The translations under genes were made by a program, and so were the position numbers. This document shows positions 38,069 through 48,191 of a stretch of DNA of 64,000 bases, piece by piece; positions within the stretch are counted from its first letter, which is position 1; every line of letters starts with the position of its first letter. Source of the stretch: Candidatus Dojkabacteria bacterium (GTDB lineage Bacteria > Patescibacteriota > Dojkabacteria > SC72); NCBI GenBank assembly GCA_016182915.1, contig JACPFP010000002.1, positions 155,188 to 219,187 of the forward strand, in the 5' to 3' direction. The notes beneath the pieces are model-generated. The model did no database searches, had not been told where the DNA came from, and saw only the letters and a list, made by a program, of their open reading frames with translations.

Positions 38069-38144
38069 TGGCGCACCCGGCCGGAATCGAACCGACAACC
38101 TGCTCGTTAGGAGTGAGCTGCTCTTCCAATTGAGCTACAGGTGC
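38069..38144 (-). tRNA. tRNA-Arg(CCT)
   Basis: GCACCTG/CGGGTGC acceptor, loop CT-CCT-AA, ends GCCA. Confidence 0.93.
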
Positions 38145-38170
38145 AAATCGGCATATTTTAACATAAAAGA

Positions 38171-38728
38171 CTACTTTAATCCCCTATCCCTATCGATTAA
38201 CTCCCGTAAGTACTCAGACTTATTCATCCCAATACTATCCCCCATTTTTTCCAAATATTTAATCTGAGACTTCGTAAGTAACATATTAAACCTCTCAGAA
38301 TATATCTCTTTCCTATATTTAGTTAGAAACTTCCCCACTATCTCATCAATATTCTCCACATTATATTTTGCACCATGAAAGTACCTATTCTTAATTTTAA
38401 TGCTCATATCTTGGTGGATTGACAGACATAGGACATGCTTTTTATCCTGCATCGCCAATGTTGCCTCATGCCCAAGCTGAAAGCCAGGTAGGCTGATCTC
38501 AATAATTACGATATCCGATAACTCGATACCCTTTCGAATGGCTGAATAATGTATGGATCGCAGATCCCTAATCTTCATCTTCTCCTTGTCTGCAATCAGT
38601 TTCAAGTAGTTACCTAACTCTGGGGATATTACATCTCTTTCAACCTTTAAAATTGCGTTTAACACCGCATCATAGTATTTCTGATAGCTCTTCTTTCCCT
38701 TGTACGAAGCTGTATAAAAGACCTTCAT
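38171..38728 (-). CDS. Nucleoside 2-deoxyribosyltransferase(Rcl)-like domain with C-terminal ribbon-helix-helix
   Basis: KVFYTAS...SDIVIIEIS...GHEATLA...KHVLCL; RFNMLLT...NKSEYLRELID. Confidence 0.7.
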   Translation of the reverse strand: MKVFYTASYKGKKSYQKYYDAVLNAILKVERDVISPELGNYLKLIADKEKMKIRDLRSIHYSAIRKGIELSDIVIIEISLPGFQLGHEATLAMQDKKHVLCLSIHQDMSIKIKNRYFHGAKYNVENIDEIVGKFLTKYRKEIYSERFNMLLTKSQIKYLEKMGDSIGMNKSEYLRELIDRDRGLK

Positions 38729-38816
38729 ATACATATATACATACCAAATTAGCATTAACACAATAGCACAATTGAGATATAATCTCCATGTATACATAAA
38801 TTATTAAGTTAAATAT

Positions 38817-39257
38817 ATGAAAATAACTAAATTCGGGATTCATATTAAATCAAAAGACCTCCAATCTTCCTACGATTTCTACAAAGCCTTCAATTTAAAG
38901 GCAATATTCGCATATGGGAATGAAGAATGGACAGAGAAAGTGAAAGGCGATTTCCCTGAAATTGGTACAGCTCCAGAAAAGTACCAGGGTTGTACCTTCG
39001 AGATTGGGAATTCCCTCCTAGAAGTAGCAGATGGGCATATTGCCGTAAAGCCAGAGGTTTTTAAAGAAGAAATACCTTCCTCTAAAGTATCTGCAATGAT
39101 TGATACAGATTCAATAGATGAAATAGTTCAAATCTGTGCAAAAAATAACTTTGAAATAGCTTCAGAACCTAAAGAGTACTACTGGGGAACAAGAGAGGTT
39201 GTTGTAAAAGATCCCGATGGATTTATATTAGTATTCAGGGAACCTTTAAAGAAGTAA
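38817..39257 (+). CDS. VOC/glyoxalase family protein
   Basis: DLQSSYDFY, YWGTREVVVKDPDG. Confidence 0.88.
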   Translation: MKITKFGIHIKSKDLQSSYDFYKAFNLKAIFAYGNEEWTEKVKGDFPEIGTAPEKYQGCTFEIGNSLLEVADGHIAVKPEVFKEEIPSSKVSAMIDTDSIDEIVQICAKNNFEIASEPKEYYWGTREVVVKDPDGFILVFREPLKK

Positions 39258-39291
39258 ACTCAATCCTCAATTGCATGATATAATTAATGTC

Positions 39292-42147
39292 ATGCAAGAA
39301 TATATTGAAATTAAAAACGCAAAGGTACACAACCTCAAGAACGTTACAGTTAAAATACCTAAAAATAAATTAGTAGTTATAACTGGTGTATCAGGAAGTG
39401 GTAAGTCATCACTTGCTTTTGACACCCTCTATGCAGAAGGACAGAGAAGATATGTTGAATCCCTCTCCTCCTATGCAAGACAGTTCCTGGGACTTATGGA
39501 GAAGCCAGACGTAGAATCTATAACAGGCCTCTCCCCAGCTATATCCATTGACCAGAAAACCTCAGGGAATAACCCTCGATCAACCGTTGGTACAGTAACA
39601 GAGATATACGACTATATGAGACTCCTTTTCGGTCACGTGGGAATATCTCACTGTCCGAATTGCGGAGATATTATTGAAGCCCAGACAATACAAGAGATAG
39701 TAGATAGTATAAATAAGCTATCAAAGGTTGAAGATAAATTGCAGATTCTCTCCCCTATCGTTCAATCCCAGAAAGGAACCTTCAAGGAGATTCTAAACGG
39801 CCTCCTTTCTAAAGGATATCTAAGGGTGATAATAGATGGGAAGAACTACAACCTGGATGAGATAGAGAACTTGAAGATAGACAAAAATAAGAAACACAGC
39901 ATTGATCTAATCATCGATAGATTGTCAGTTAAGTCTCAGGACGATTCCGACTATCAGAGAAGACTTACAGATGCTGTAGAGCTAGGTAGTAATATGTCAG
40001 AAGGCGAGATAAAGGTAATCCTCAATGACACTCAGCATGTTTTCTCCGAAAATAATACATGTAGAAGATGTAAGATCTCCTTTCCAGCTATCAAACCTGC
40101 AACCTTCTCCTTCAACTCACCGCATGGTGCATGTCTAAAGTGTTCCGGACTGGGTACCCTTAAAGAGATTGATATCTCAAAGATATATAACCCACGCCTT
40201 TCTATAAAAGAAGGAGGCATCTTCCCATGGTCAAATATGACTACAACCGATTCCTGGACCTTAAAGGTACTAGAAGCAGTAGCGATTGAGCATGGCGTTA
40301 AGTTAACCACCCCAATTGGAGAGTATAGTGATGAGATATTCAATCTAATCTTCTATGGAAAGGATGCTAAACCCGTGTACACTCTCGCCTACATTAACAG
40401 AAACGGATATAAGCGCGTTTATGATTCAAAATATGAAGGTGTAATTACCCAATTAGAAAGAAGATATCTAGAAACGGACTCAGAATATATAAGAGAAGAG
40501 ATTGACAAATACATGATCGAGAAAGAATGTTCAGAATGTAAAGGACAGAGGTTACAAGCATACGCCCTAGCTGTCACCATAAATAAGAAAGGTATAAATC
40601 AACTAACCGCCTTACAGATCTCCGAGCTTATCTCCTTCTTCGACAGGCTCAAACTTACAGGTAACAAAGCAGAGATTGCCCGCCCTATAATCAAGGAGAT
40701 AGTAACAAGATTAACCTTCTTAAACGACGTAGGTTTGAACTACCTAACCCTCTCAAGAAAAGCCAACACGCTTTCGGGTGGAGAGTCACAAAGAATTAGA
40801 TTGGCATCTCAAATTGGTACAGGTTTAACAGGCGTTCTATACGTTCTAGACGAGCCTTCAATTGGATTACACTCAAAAGATGTAGACAAGTTAATTAAAT
40901 CGTTAGAGAAGCTAAGAGATTTAGGGAATTCAGTGGTGGTAGTAGAACATGACTACGATACAATTTCAAAGGCGGATTGGATTATTGATGTTGGACCAGA
41001 AGCTGGCAATAACGGAGGCCTAATAGTAGCCGAAGGAACTCTCAAACAAATCAGGCAAGCAAAGACTCTAACTGCTAAGTATATAAACAAATCGCTGAAG
41101 GTCGGACAGGATTTAAAAGTCGGTGCTCAGCCCCCTATACTCCCTAACAAGCTAACCCTTGAAGGCGTAACAACCCATAACCTAAAAGATGTAAACATTA
41201 CCGTTCCTCTTGGAAAGTTCGTTACAGTAACGGGAGCATCCGGAAGTGGGAAATCTTCACTAATAAACGATACTTTAGTCCCCATACTCCTAAAGCATGT
41301 TGGTATGAATGCTCCAACAGAAGGCACCTACAAATCCGTTGACGGATTAGATTACATTAACAAGGTAATTGAGATAGATCAGTCACCAATCGGTAGAACA
41401 CCTAGATCAAATACCGCGACCTACACTGGTATCTTTAACCATATTAGAGAGCTCTATACTCAAACCCAAGAATCAAGAGCACGTGGATATACCGCTTCCA
41501 GATTCAGTTTTAATGTAAAAGGGGGAAGATGTGAGACATGTAAGGGAGACGGTCAGATAAAGATTGAAATGCAGTTCCTTCCTGATATGTACGTCACCTG
41601 TGAGAGCTGTTTAGGTAAGAGATATAACAAGGAGGCCCTTCAAATTGATTATAAAGGCCAGAGTATAGCCGATGTACTAGCAATGACTGTTGCAGATGCA
41701 TCTATCTTCTTTGAAAACTTCACCCCTATAAAGAGAAAGTTAGATATCCTCAACGAGGTTGGTTTAGGATATATCCAGCTTGGACAACCTGCTACTACTC
41801 TTTCTGGGGGAGAATCACAGAGAATCAAGCTTGCAAAAGAACTTTCCAAAGCAACCAGAGGCCATACAATGTACGTTCTTGATGAACCAACCACGGGACT
41901 CCACTTCCATGATGTAGACAAACTCCTTCTACTCCTAAAGAAACTAGTTGAGAAAGGCAATTCAGTACTGGTTATAGAACATAACCTAGATATCATAAAA
42001 CATTCAGACTGGATAATAGATTTAGGGCCTGAAGGGGGAGATAAAGGTGGGGAAATTGTAGGTTTTGGGACCGTAAAGGATATTATTAACAACGAGAAAA
42101 GTTACACAGGGAAATACCTTAAAGAATACCTTGAAGACGGGAGATAA
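39292..42147 (+). CDS. uvrA: Excinuclease ABC subunit A
   Basis: Two Walker A motifs (GVSGSGKSS, GASGSGKSS), two LSGGE signatures, zinc fingers. Confidence 0.98.
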   Translation: MQEYIEIKNAKVHNLKNVTVKIPKNKLVVITGVSGSGKSSLAFDTLYAEGQRRYVESLSSYARQFLGLMEKPDVESITGLSPAISIDQKTSGNNPRSTVGTVTEIYDYMRLLFGHVGISHCPNCGDIIEAQTIQEIVDSINKLSKVEDKLQILSPIVQSQKGTFKEILNGLLSKGYLRVIIDGKNYNLDEIENLKIDKNKKHSIDLIIDRLSVKSQDDSDYQRRLTDAVELGSNMSEGEIKVILNDTQHVFSENNTCRRCKISFPAIKPATFSFNSPHGACLKCSGLGTLKEIDISKIYNPRLSIKEGGIFPWSNMTTTDSWTLKVLEAVAIEHGVKLTTPIGEYSDEIFNLIFYGKDAKPVYTLAYINRNGYKRVYDSKYEGVITQLERRYLETDSEYIREEIDKYMIEKECSECKGQRLQAYALAVTINKKGINQLTALQISELISFFDRLKLTGNKAEIARPIIKEIVTRLTFLNDVGLNYLTLSRKANTLSGGESQRIRLASQIGTGLTGVLYVLDEPSIGLHSKDVDKLIKSLEKLRDLGNSVVVVEHDYDTISKADWIIDVGPEAGNNGGLIVAEGTLKQIRQAKTLTAKYINKSLKVGQDLKVGAQPPILPNKLTLEGVTTHNLKDVNITVPLGKFVTVTGASGSGKSSLINDTLVPILLKHVGMNAPTEGTYKSVDGLDYINKVIEIDQSPIGRTPRSNTATYTGIFNHIRELYTQTQESRARGYTASRFSFNVKGGRCETCKGDGQIKIEMQFLPDMYVTCESCLGKRYNKEALQIDYKGQSIADVLAMTVADASIFFENFTPIKRKLDILNEVGLGYIQLGQPATTLSGGESQRIKLAKELSKATRGHTMYVLDEPTTGLHFHDVDKLLLLLKKLVEKGNSVLVIEHNLDIIKHSDWIIDLGPEGGDKGGEIVGFGTVKDIINNEKSYTGKYLKEYLEDGR

Positions 42148-42208
42148 TCGCCACAACCTTTCTTCCTCCTATTGAAATCCCACCTATGTTCCACCGACAC
42201 GACAACCT

Positions 42209-42892
42209 TTATTTACCCCCGAACCTTCTCTGACGATTACCAAATTCATTAACTACCTCTCTGAATTTCTCTTTTGTGAAATCTGGGAAATAGTCATCAA
42301 CAAAAAAGAGTTCAGCATACACTGACTGCCATGGCATAAAACCACTTAGCCTCTTCTCTCCTGATGTTCTAACTATCATATCAGGATCAGCAACATCTGA
42401 AGTATCAAGGAACTTACCAAAATTCTCTTCGGAAAGTTCTTCTCCACTTTCAATAGCCTTCTTAATCCCACGAATAATCTCATTTCTGCCGCCATAATCA
42501 ATCGCGATACAAACTGTTCTTTCGCTATACTCCTTAGTGTCTTCTTCCACTTCGGTAATCATCTCAACCAGCTCTTTAGAGAGTCGATCTTTTCTTCCCA
42601 AATGTATAAACCTGGCTTTATGTTCTTTAAATTTAGGAATAAAGTGACGTCCCTGCTTCAGAAAGATATCCTGCATTAGATATGAGACCTCTCCCTCATC
42701 CCTACTCCAATTCTCAGTGGAAAATCCCCAAAATGTAATGACCTCAATCCCAAGTTCTGCAGCCTCCTCAACTAGTTCAAAGAGCCTTTTAACACCCTCC
42801 ATGTGCCCGTCAAAATCCTTTTTCCCTTTCCCCCTTGCCCATCTCCTATTCCCATCTGGAATTATAACAACGTGTTTAGGTAGATTTCCCAT
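42209..42892 (-). CDS. uppS: Undecaprenyl diphosphate synthase
   Basis: HVVIIPDGNRRWA, FSTENWSR, RTSGEKRLSGF, RRFGG. Confidence 0.96.
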   Translation of the reverse strand: MGNLPKHVVIIPDGNRRWARGKGKKDFDGHMEGVKRLFELVEEAAELGIEVITFWGFSTENWSRDEGEVSYLMQDIFLKQGRHFIPKFKEHKARFIHLGRKDRLSKELVEMITEVEEDTKEYSERTVCIAIDYGGRNEIIRGIKKAIESGEELSEENFGKFLDTSDVADPDMIVRTSGEKRLSGFMPWQSVYAELFFVDDYFPDFTKEKFREVVNEFGNRQRRFGGK

Positions 42893-42936
42893 TATCTATT
42901 TATTTAGATATAAAATAGTGAATTATGATAACACAG

Positions 42937-44667
42937 TTATAGGGATTTATTAACAACCCCCATTACCTTACCAAGTATATCTCCCTCGTTAACAATCTCT
43001 GCTGTATCTGAATTTCTCTCCTTAAATTCATATCCACCCTTCTCAAGGCTCCTATCACTAACAACTATCCTTATAGGTATACCAATTAAATCAGCATCAG
43101 CAAACTTTGCACCTGCACTCACATCTTCTCTTTCATCCCAAAGGACTTCAACTCCATTTTCTATAAGGTTGTTATATAAGGCGTCACTTTTTGAAACGGC
43201 ATCCTGTGATCCAAGAGTTATTAGATGAACATGATATGGAGAAATACCTATAGGCCAGACTATACCTTTTTCATCACTCATAATCTCAACAACTGCCGCC
43301 ATAGTTCTTCCAATTCCAATGCCATAGCAACCCATATAGTACTTCTTCTTCTTTCCATCTACATCAACAAACTCAGCATTCTTCATAAGGTTAGAATAGT
43401 GATATCCAAGCTGGAAAATATTACCAACTTCAATACCCTTTCTTGCAATCAGCTTAGAACCTGAGATAGATTTAAAACCCTCTCTGGCAAATGCGATATC
43501 ACCCTCTAAATCAGCTTTATAGTCTCTATCAATATTTACGTTTAGACTATCCTTGTTTAAGGCATTTGCCCCACCATATGCATTCTTGATAGTTCTTAAA
43601 GACCTATCTGCAACGATTAGCAGCTCAACAGACGAATCCATATTTTCTTTCATTCCTACTGGGGAGATAAATCCAGGTTCACTCTTAAGAAGAGTTCTAA
43701 TATCCTCTTCGCTTGCATGCTCCAAAGTTATACTACCCGTTAGATGACTTAGTTTTACTTCATTAACATCAAGATCTCCTCTTAACACAGCAAGGATATA
43801 TCTTCCCTTATCATCTTTATACATAACATCCTTTATCTGCATATGCATAGGAAGACCATGAAGCTTAACTCCATCTTCCATTGTTGTTCCTCTTACCGCA
43901 TCTATAACTTGCAAGGGTTTCATCTCTTCATCGACATTGATATCTTCAAGAGCGAATTCTGCAACCTCCTCATGAGCTGCATAACTTCCGTCTTCTGTAA
44001 CAAAGTATGTACTCTCACCTATCTCAGAATCTACAACAAATTCGTGACAATACTCTCCCCCAATATAGCCGTTATCTGCTAATACCATAGTTGTCTTCAA
44101 ACCCATTCTTTCAAAGATTCTTGTATATGTCTCTGCCATTTTCTGATACTCAAGTTTGAAACTTTCCTCATCCCTATCAAAAGAGTATGCATCCTTCATA
44201 ACGAACTCCCTAACTCTCAGGAGTCCTCCACGAGCTCTCATTTCATCTCTAAACTTGGTTGAAAACTGATATATATTACATGGGAGATCCTTATAAGACA
44301 TATTATACTTCCTAAAAACATCAACAAACATCTCTTCTGCTGTACCACCGAGTGCAAATTCCGCCCCTCTTCTATCCTTAACCTTCATTAACTCAAAGCC
44401 TGTTGTATTTGTCCTGTTTGTCTCTTTCCATAGTTCCAATGGATGAAGGATTGGAGAGATCATCTTCTGAGCTCCTGCTCTATCCATCTCCTCTTCAATT
44501 ATCTCCATGATCTTATCCTGAACTCTCATTCCTAAAGGAAGTATGAAGTATCGCCCTGCAACGCTCTCGGCAATGTATCCTGCCTGTAACAACAACTTGT
44601 GGGATACCATAGTTGCATCCTTAGAGATTGTTTTACTTGTCTTTCCAAATAGTTTTGAATATTTCAT
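42937..44667 (-). CDS. proS: Prolyl-tRNA synthetase (bacterial type with INS editing domain)
   Basis: KFRDEMRARGGLLRVREF, GIEVGNIFQLG, MGCYGIG. Confidence 0.97.
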   Translation of the reverse strand: MKYSKLFGKTSKTISKDATMVSHKLLLQAGYIAESVAGRYFILPLGMRVQDKIMEIIEEEMDRAGAQKMISPILHPLELWKETNRTNTTGFELMKVKDRRGAEFALGGTAEEMFVDVFRKYNMSYKDLPCNIYQFSTKFRDEMRARGGLLRVREFVMKDAYSFDRDEESFKLEYQKMAETYTRIFERMGLKTTMVLADNGYIGGEYCHEFVVDSEIGESTYFVTEDGSYAAHEEVAEFALEDINVDEEMKPLQVIDAVRGTTMEDGVKLHGLPMHMQIKDVMYKDDKGRYILAVLRGDLDVNEVKLSHLTGSITLEHASEEDIRTLLKSEPGFISPVGMKENMDSSVELLIVADRSLRTIKNAYGGANALNKDSLNVNIDRDYKADLEGDIAFAREGFKSISGSKLIARKGIEVGNIFQLGYHYSNLMKNAEFVDVDGKKKKYYMGCYGIGIGRTMAAVVEIMSDEKGIVWPIGISPYHVHLITLGSQDAVSKSDALYNNLIENGVEVLWDEREDVSAGAKFADADLIGIPIRIVVSDRSLEKGGYEFKERNSDTAEIVNEGDILGKVMGVVNKSL

Positions 44668-44700
44668 TCCAATATATTATCTATTAACTTATATAAATGC

Positions 44701-44920
44701 AAAACGCCCTTACAACAGAATACCTATAATTTAAGTATATTCTATTGCAAAGGCGTGTAATTTACGCGTTACCACTCTGCTTTTTAGTTATGTCACCATA
44801 ACTAACTTATCTACTGACTAACATCAGTTTATCTGTTTTCTAACTCTACAGATTAGAGAGAGGTTATGAGTAATGATTCTGTCCCTCTTCACTCCCCATT
44901 AGGATGGATCATAGTGATAT
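44701..44920 (-). promoter_or_regulatory. T-box riboswitch (Pro, CCU specifier), ultra-short Stem I, transcription terminator
   Basis: AGCAGAGTGGTAACGCG T-box (44765-44781), CGCCTTTGC partner, terminator ending GGGCGTTTT, K-turn stem with loop CCTA, TTGTTA-17-TATAAT promoter. Confidence 0.88.
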
Positions 44921-44965
44921 GGGGGAATTATACATTATGAATTTAGGTTTAACAAGAAAAGGGTA

Positions 44966-45295
44966 CTAACTAGCCGGCTCGAAAGGATCTATATAGTCAA
45001 CTGTGACAGTGCCTAAGGCCTCAGAAAACTTTATATTTGCATGCATAGGCTTTGTTTCTGTGTAGCTATAAAACGCCGCTCTGACTACCTCTCCGTTTCG
45101 AAATGCATGCCTGTCGTTATGCTCTACATGTACACCACAATCCACAGGATTAAAAGAATTAAGTTTTGCATAATTCACAACTGCTTCAAGAAGAAAGAAA
45201 TCTACCATATCTTCACCACTATCGGATAGAGCTAATAATCCAGCTTCAACCGGTACCGTTCCTCTTACATTAAGTGACATACATAACATAAACAA
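44966..45295 (-). CDS. Hypothetical protein
   Basis: 109-aa ORF filling the gap; start uncertain. Confidence 0.5.
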   Translation of the reverse strand: MFMLCMSLNVRGTVPVEAGLLALSDSGEDMVDFFLLEAVVNYAKLNSFNPVDCGVHVEHNDRHAFRNGEVVRAAFYSYTETKPMHANIKFSEALGTVTVDYIDPFEPAS

Positions 45296-45350
45296 AACTA
45301 AGCTATAGGGTGGACTATACCATTCATTAGTAAAATTTCAAAATAGGTCT

Positions 45351-45968
45351 CTATATATCTTTATATGGGAATAGCTTGAAGATGTAACATAGAAGCAGGG
45401 ATGTAACTATCCCTCCATATATATCTATTAGATAATGCGATCTCCCTATAATTATCAGCATTATAACTATTAGCCAGATGATAAAGAATATATACCCCCA
45501 CCTCCTATTTATATCGTATATAAACAGAGTTAAGAGAAGTGATAGCCCTGTATGTGCAGAGAAAAAGTATCCATTATAGTCGAAAATCATAGAATACAAT
45601 TCCATTTCAGTACGGGTATCATATCCCTCATAAGATGGCCCAACGGGATTAAGAATAATAGTGATAGATCTAAGGAGGTACATTGAAGCTAGAATCCAAA
45701 TATACCTGCTAAAGTTTCTAAAACCATTCTTAAACCCAATGTATATGAACGATATAATCATGAAAATAATTAGAATGTCGTTCAGAACAGGAGCAAAGGA
45801 CCAGTATGGTAACACTGAGAAGCTAATATCATGCATAACTGCTCTATCTGGCGCTAACAAAGGAATTAACACATTGCCAGAGTACATATTAAGAAGGAAA
45901 CCCATAAAGAGAAGAAAAATAGGAAAAAGGAATAGATATCTCTTAAAAAAACTCTGACTTACATTCAA
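45351..45968 (-). CDS. PAP2/sphingomyelin-synthase-like membrane phosphotransferase
   Basis: Multi-TM; LLRSIT, FFSAHT, GRSHYLID motifs. Confidence 0.75.
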   Translation of the reverse strand: MNVSQSFFKRYLFLFPIFLLFMGFLLNMYSGNVLIPLLAPDRAVMHDISFSVLPYWSFAPVLNDILIIFMIISFIYIGFKNGFRNFSRYIWILASMYLLRSITIILNPVGPSYEGYDTRTEMELYSMIFDYNGYFFSAHTGLSLLLTLFIYDINRRWGYIFFIIWLIVIMLIIIGRSHYLIDIYGGIVTSLLLCYIFKLFPYKDI

Positions 45969-46040
45969 AGCATTAATGTTGAAAGCTTAATACTCAAATA
46001 TTACAGTATTTACTCTACCAAGTTAAGCAGGGCCTTTGCA

Positions 46041-46781
46041 CTATTTTAAAGTGAAACCTCCATCCACATATACAACCTGACCTGTCATCGAGTCATTTTT
46101 TGCTAGGAATATAAACGTATCTGCAACCTCATCAAGTGAAACATACCTTCCAGTTACCGTTTGAGCTATAAACCCACTCTTCATTTCTTCTGAAAATTTT
46201 TCATATCTTGGTACATATGTAAACCCTGGAGCTACGGCATTAACTAGAATTTTTGGTCCCCATAATTTAGCGAGTGTTTTTGTCAAAGAATTCACTGCCG
46301 CCTTTGAAGCCGAATATACAACAGCACTACCTCCCCCATATTCACCCCCCCTAATCGAGCTGGTATTTATTATCTTTCCCTTTATATGTTTTTTAGAAAA
46401 AATCTGATAACTCTTCTGGCATACACTCATCATACCGACAAGGTTAACACCTAGAAGTTCTAACATATCTTTCTGACTCTGTTGAAGAAAAGGTTTTGCA
46501 TCACTCCCTACCCCTGCATTGTTAACAACGATATCTAGTATCCCGAACTTGTTGATAACCGTTTTGAAGAGATTAGTGATTTCGGATTCACTCTTGAGGT
46601 CACATTTCACATAGATTACCTCAGCATTTTTCAAAGACTTCATAGTATCCTTCATACCTTGAAGATTGCTATTGTACGTAAGGATAAGACGGCATCCCTC
46701 ATTCGCAAACCTCTTTGCAAGATGTTGGCCAATACCACTAGAGGCCCCAGTTATTAAAACAACTTTTGCTTTAAGTTCCAT
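46041..46781 (-). CDS. SDR family oxidoreductase
   Basis: TGASSGIG, NNAG, YSASK, VNAVAPG; start overlaps the upstream stop (TAATG). Confidence 0.93.
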   Translation of the reverse strand: MELKAKVVLITGASSGIGQHLAKRFANEGCRLILTYNSNLQGMKDTMKSLKNAEVIYVKCDLKSESEITNLFKTVINKFGILDIVVNNAGVGSDAKPFLQQSQKDMLELLGVNLVGMMSVCQKSYQIFSKKHIKGKIINTSSIRGGEYGGGSAVVYSASKAAVNSLTKTLAKLWGPKILVNAVAPGFTYVPRYEKFSEEMKSGFIAQTVTGRYVSLDEVADTFIFLAKNDSMTGQVVYVDGGFTLK

Positions 46782-47260
46782 TATATATCCCTGGATAAGT
46801 TCCAAATCATATCGTAGACCTGATTAGCCATAGCAACAACAGAAGGATCCTTAATAACAACACCCCATGGATGCTCAGAATCGAGTGATGTATAGGTAAC
46901 GGTGTCCCCAAAGATAGCAAACATAACCTCTGCATCGTACCCTTCAGGCATAATTCTAGCCTGCTTAAGCGTCTTAGGATTACTTCTTTCTATTTCCAAA
47001 TCGCTGTCACTACTACAAATCAAATTCTGTATACTTATTCCCTTCTCAACTCGCGTTGAAATGACTTCACGAACCATCATATCCGTCTTCTTATGAAATT
47101 TAGCAACTTTGTGCCCATTAATAATCTGCTTAATGTGCTTTTCACCCGACTGAATTCTAAGGAGTAGAGGAATGGTATATCCATGCATTCCATCGTAGAA
47201 AGTAAAACTACCCTCTGGGAGTTTCTCAACCATATTTCTCAACCGTTCATTTATATCCAT
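46781..47260 (-). CDS. TrmB effector-domain-only protein
   Basis: FTFYDGMHG...AIFGDTVTY...GVVIKDPSV...YDMIW resembles the TrmB C-terminal domain; no HTH. Confidence 0.65.
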   Translation of the reverse strand: MDINERLRNMVEKLPEGSFTFYDGMHGYTIPLLLRIQSGEKHIKQIINGHKVAKFHKKTDMMVREVISTRVEKGISIQNLICSSDSDLEIERSNPKTLKQARIMPEGYDAEVMFAIFGDTVTYTSLDSEHPWGVVIKDPSVVAMANQVYDMIWNLSRDI

Positions 47261-47339
47261 ATTAATAGTATAATTAACATATATTATTTAACTACATAGG
47301 GATTATATTTCCTAAGCAGTAGTAGCTCAATCAACTATC

Positions 47340-48125
47340 ATGAATACTATTCTCCAAAAACTAGGATTAACTGAGAATGAATCTAAGATATATATTGGAT
47401 TTAGTAGAAATCCAAAAAGAAGCGCCGCGCAAATATCCCGAATTCTGCATATGGATAAGTCATCTGCATACAAAGCCGTAGACTCCCTTCTTTCCAAAGG
47501 GCTTCTTATAAGGGAAGGTTGGAAGACTGGAGCAATATACTCAGCTTCCTCTCCTGATGTCTTAAATGATCTATACAAAGCAAAGGAGATAGAGCTAAAG
47601 AATCAGAAGGATCTGCTATACGATTTCATCTTTAAACTTAAGAGTGAGAAAACAGATAAAAGGTCTACATACATATCTATTGAAAAAGGTATAGAAGGGC
47701 TCATGTTAAGAATGACAGAGAGTCTGGAAAGTAAAGAGAAATTAATTCGGGAGAGTTTTAGACATTTTGGGGTGTTTGAAGATCCTAAATATATTAAATT
47801 CGTAAAAGGGTATGCGAAAGAAAGAATAAAAAAGAAGATAAGGATAAAGGAGCTACAATCTTATAAAGATAGAGCCAAAGGAGTTAGGGTCTACGAGTCT
47901 ATAATGACCGATTTGAAGAAGTATATGAAGGAACAGAGAGACTTACCAACGACCTTTAAGGATAAGAATGGGTATAGAATATGGGATAATACAGCTACAA
48001 TATTAAGTTATGATAATAGCGGAGAATTCATTGTCCTTACAATTAAAGATGAGTATATAGTTACCCTCCTAAAAAGTATGTTTGACTACATCTGGGGACA
48101 AAGTACACCTGTGATTAAGAAGTAA
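47340..48125 (+). CDS. TrmB family transcriptional regulator
   Basis: LGLTENESKIY...SAYKAVDSLLSKGL wHTH; IWDN...MFDYIW. Confidence 0.85.
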   Translation: MNTILQKLGLTENESKIYIGFSRNPKRSAAQISRILHMDKSSAYKAVDSLLSKGLLIREGWKTGAIYSASSPDVLNDLYKAKEIELKNQKDLLYDFIFKLKSEKTDKRSTYISIEKGIEGLMLRMTESLESKEKLIRESFRHFGVFEDPKYIKFVKGYAKERIKKKIRIKELQSYKDRAKGVRVYESIMTDLKKYMKEQRDLPTTFKDKNGYRIWDNTATILSYDNSGEFIVLTIKDEYIVTLLKSMFDYIWGQSTPVIKK

Positions 48126-48191
48126 CAATAGCAATTCTCTTTAAATTATCCTAGAATATTACATCTCTAACTTATTATTTTGGACTAGTTC

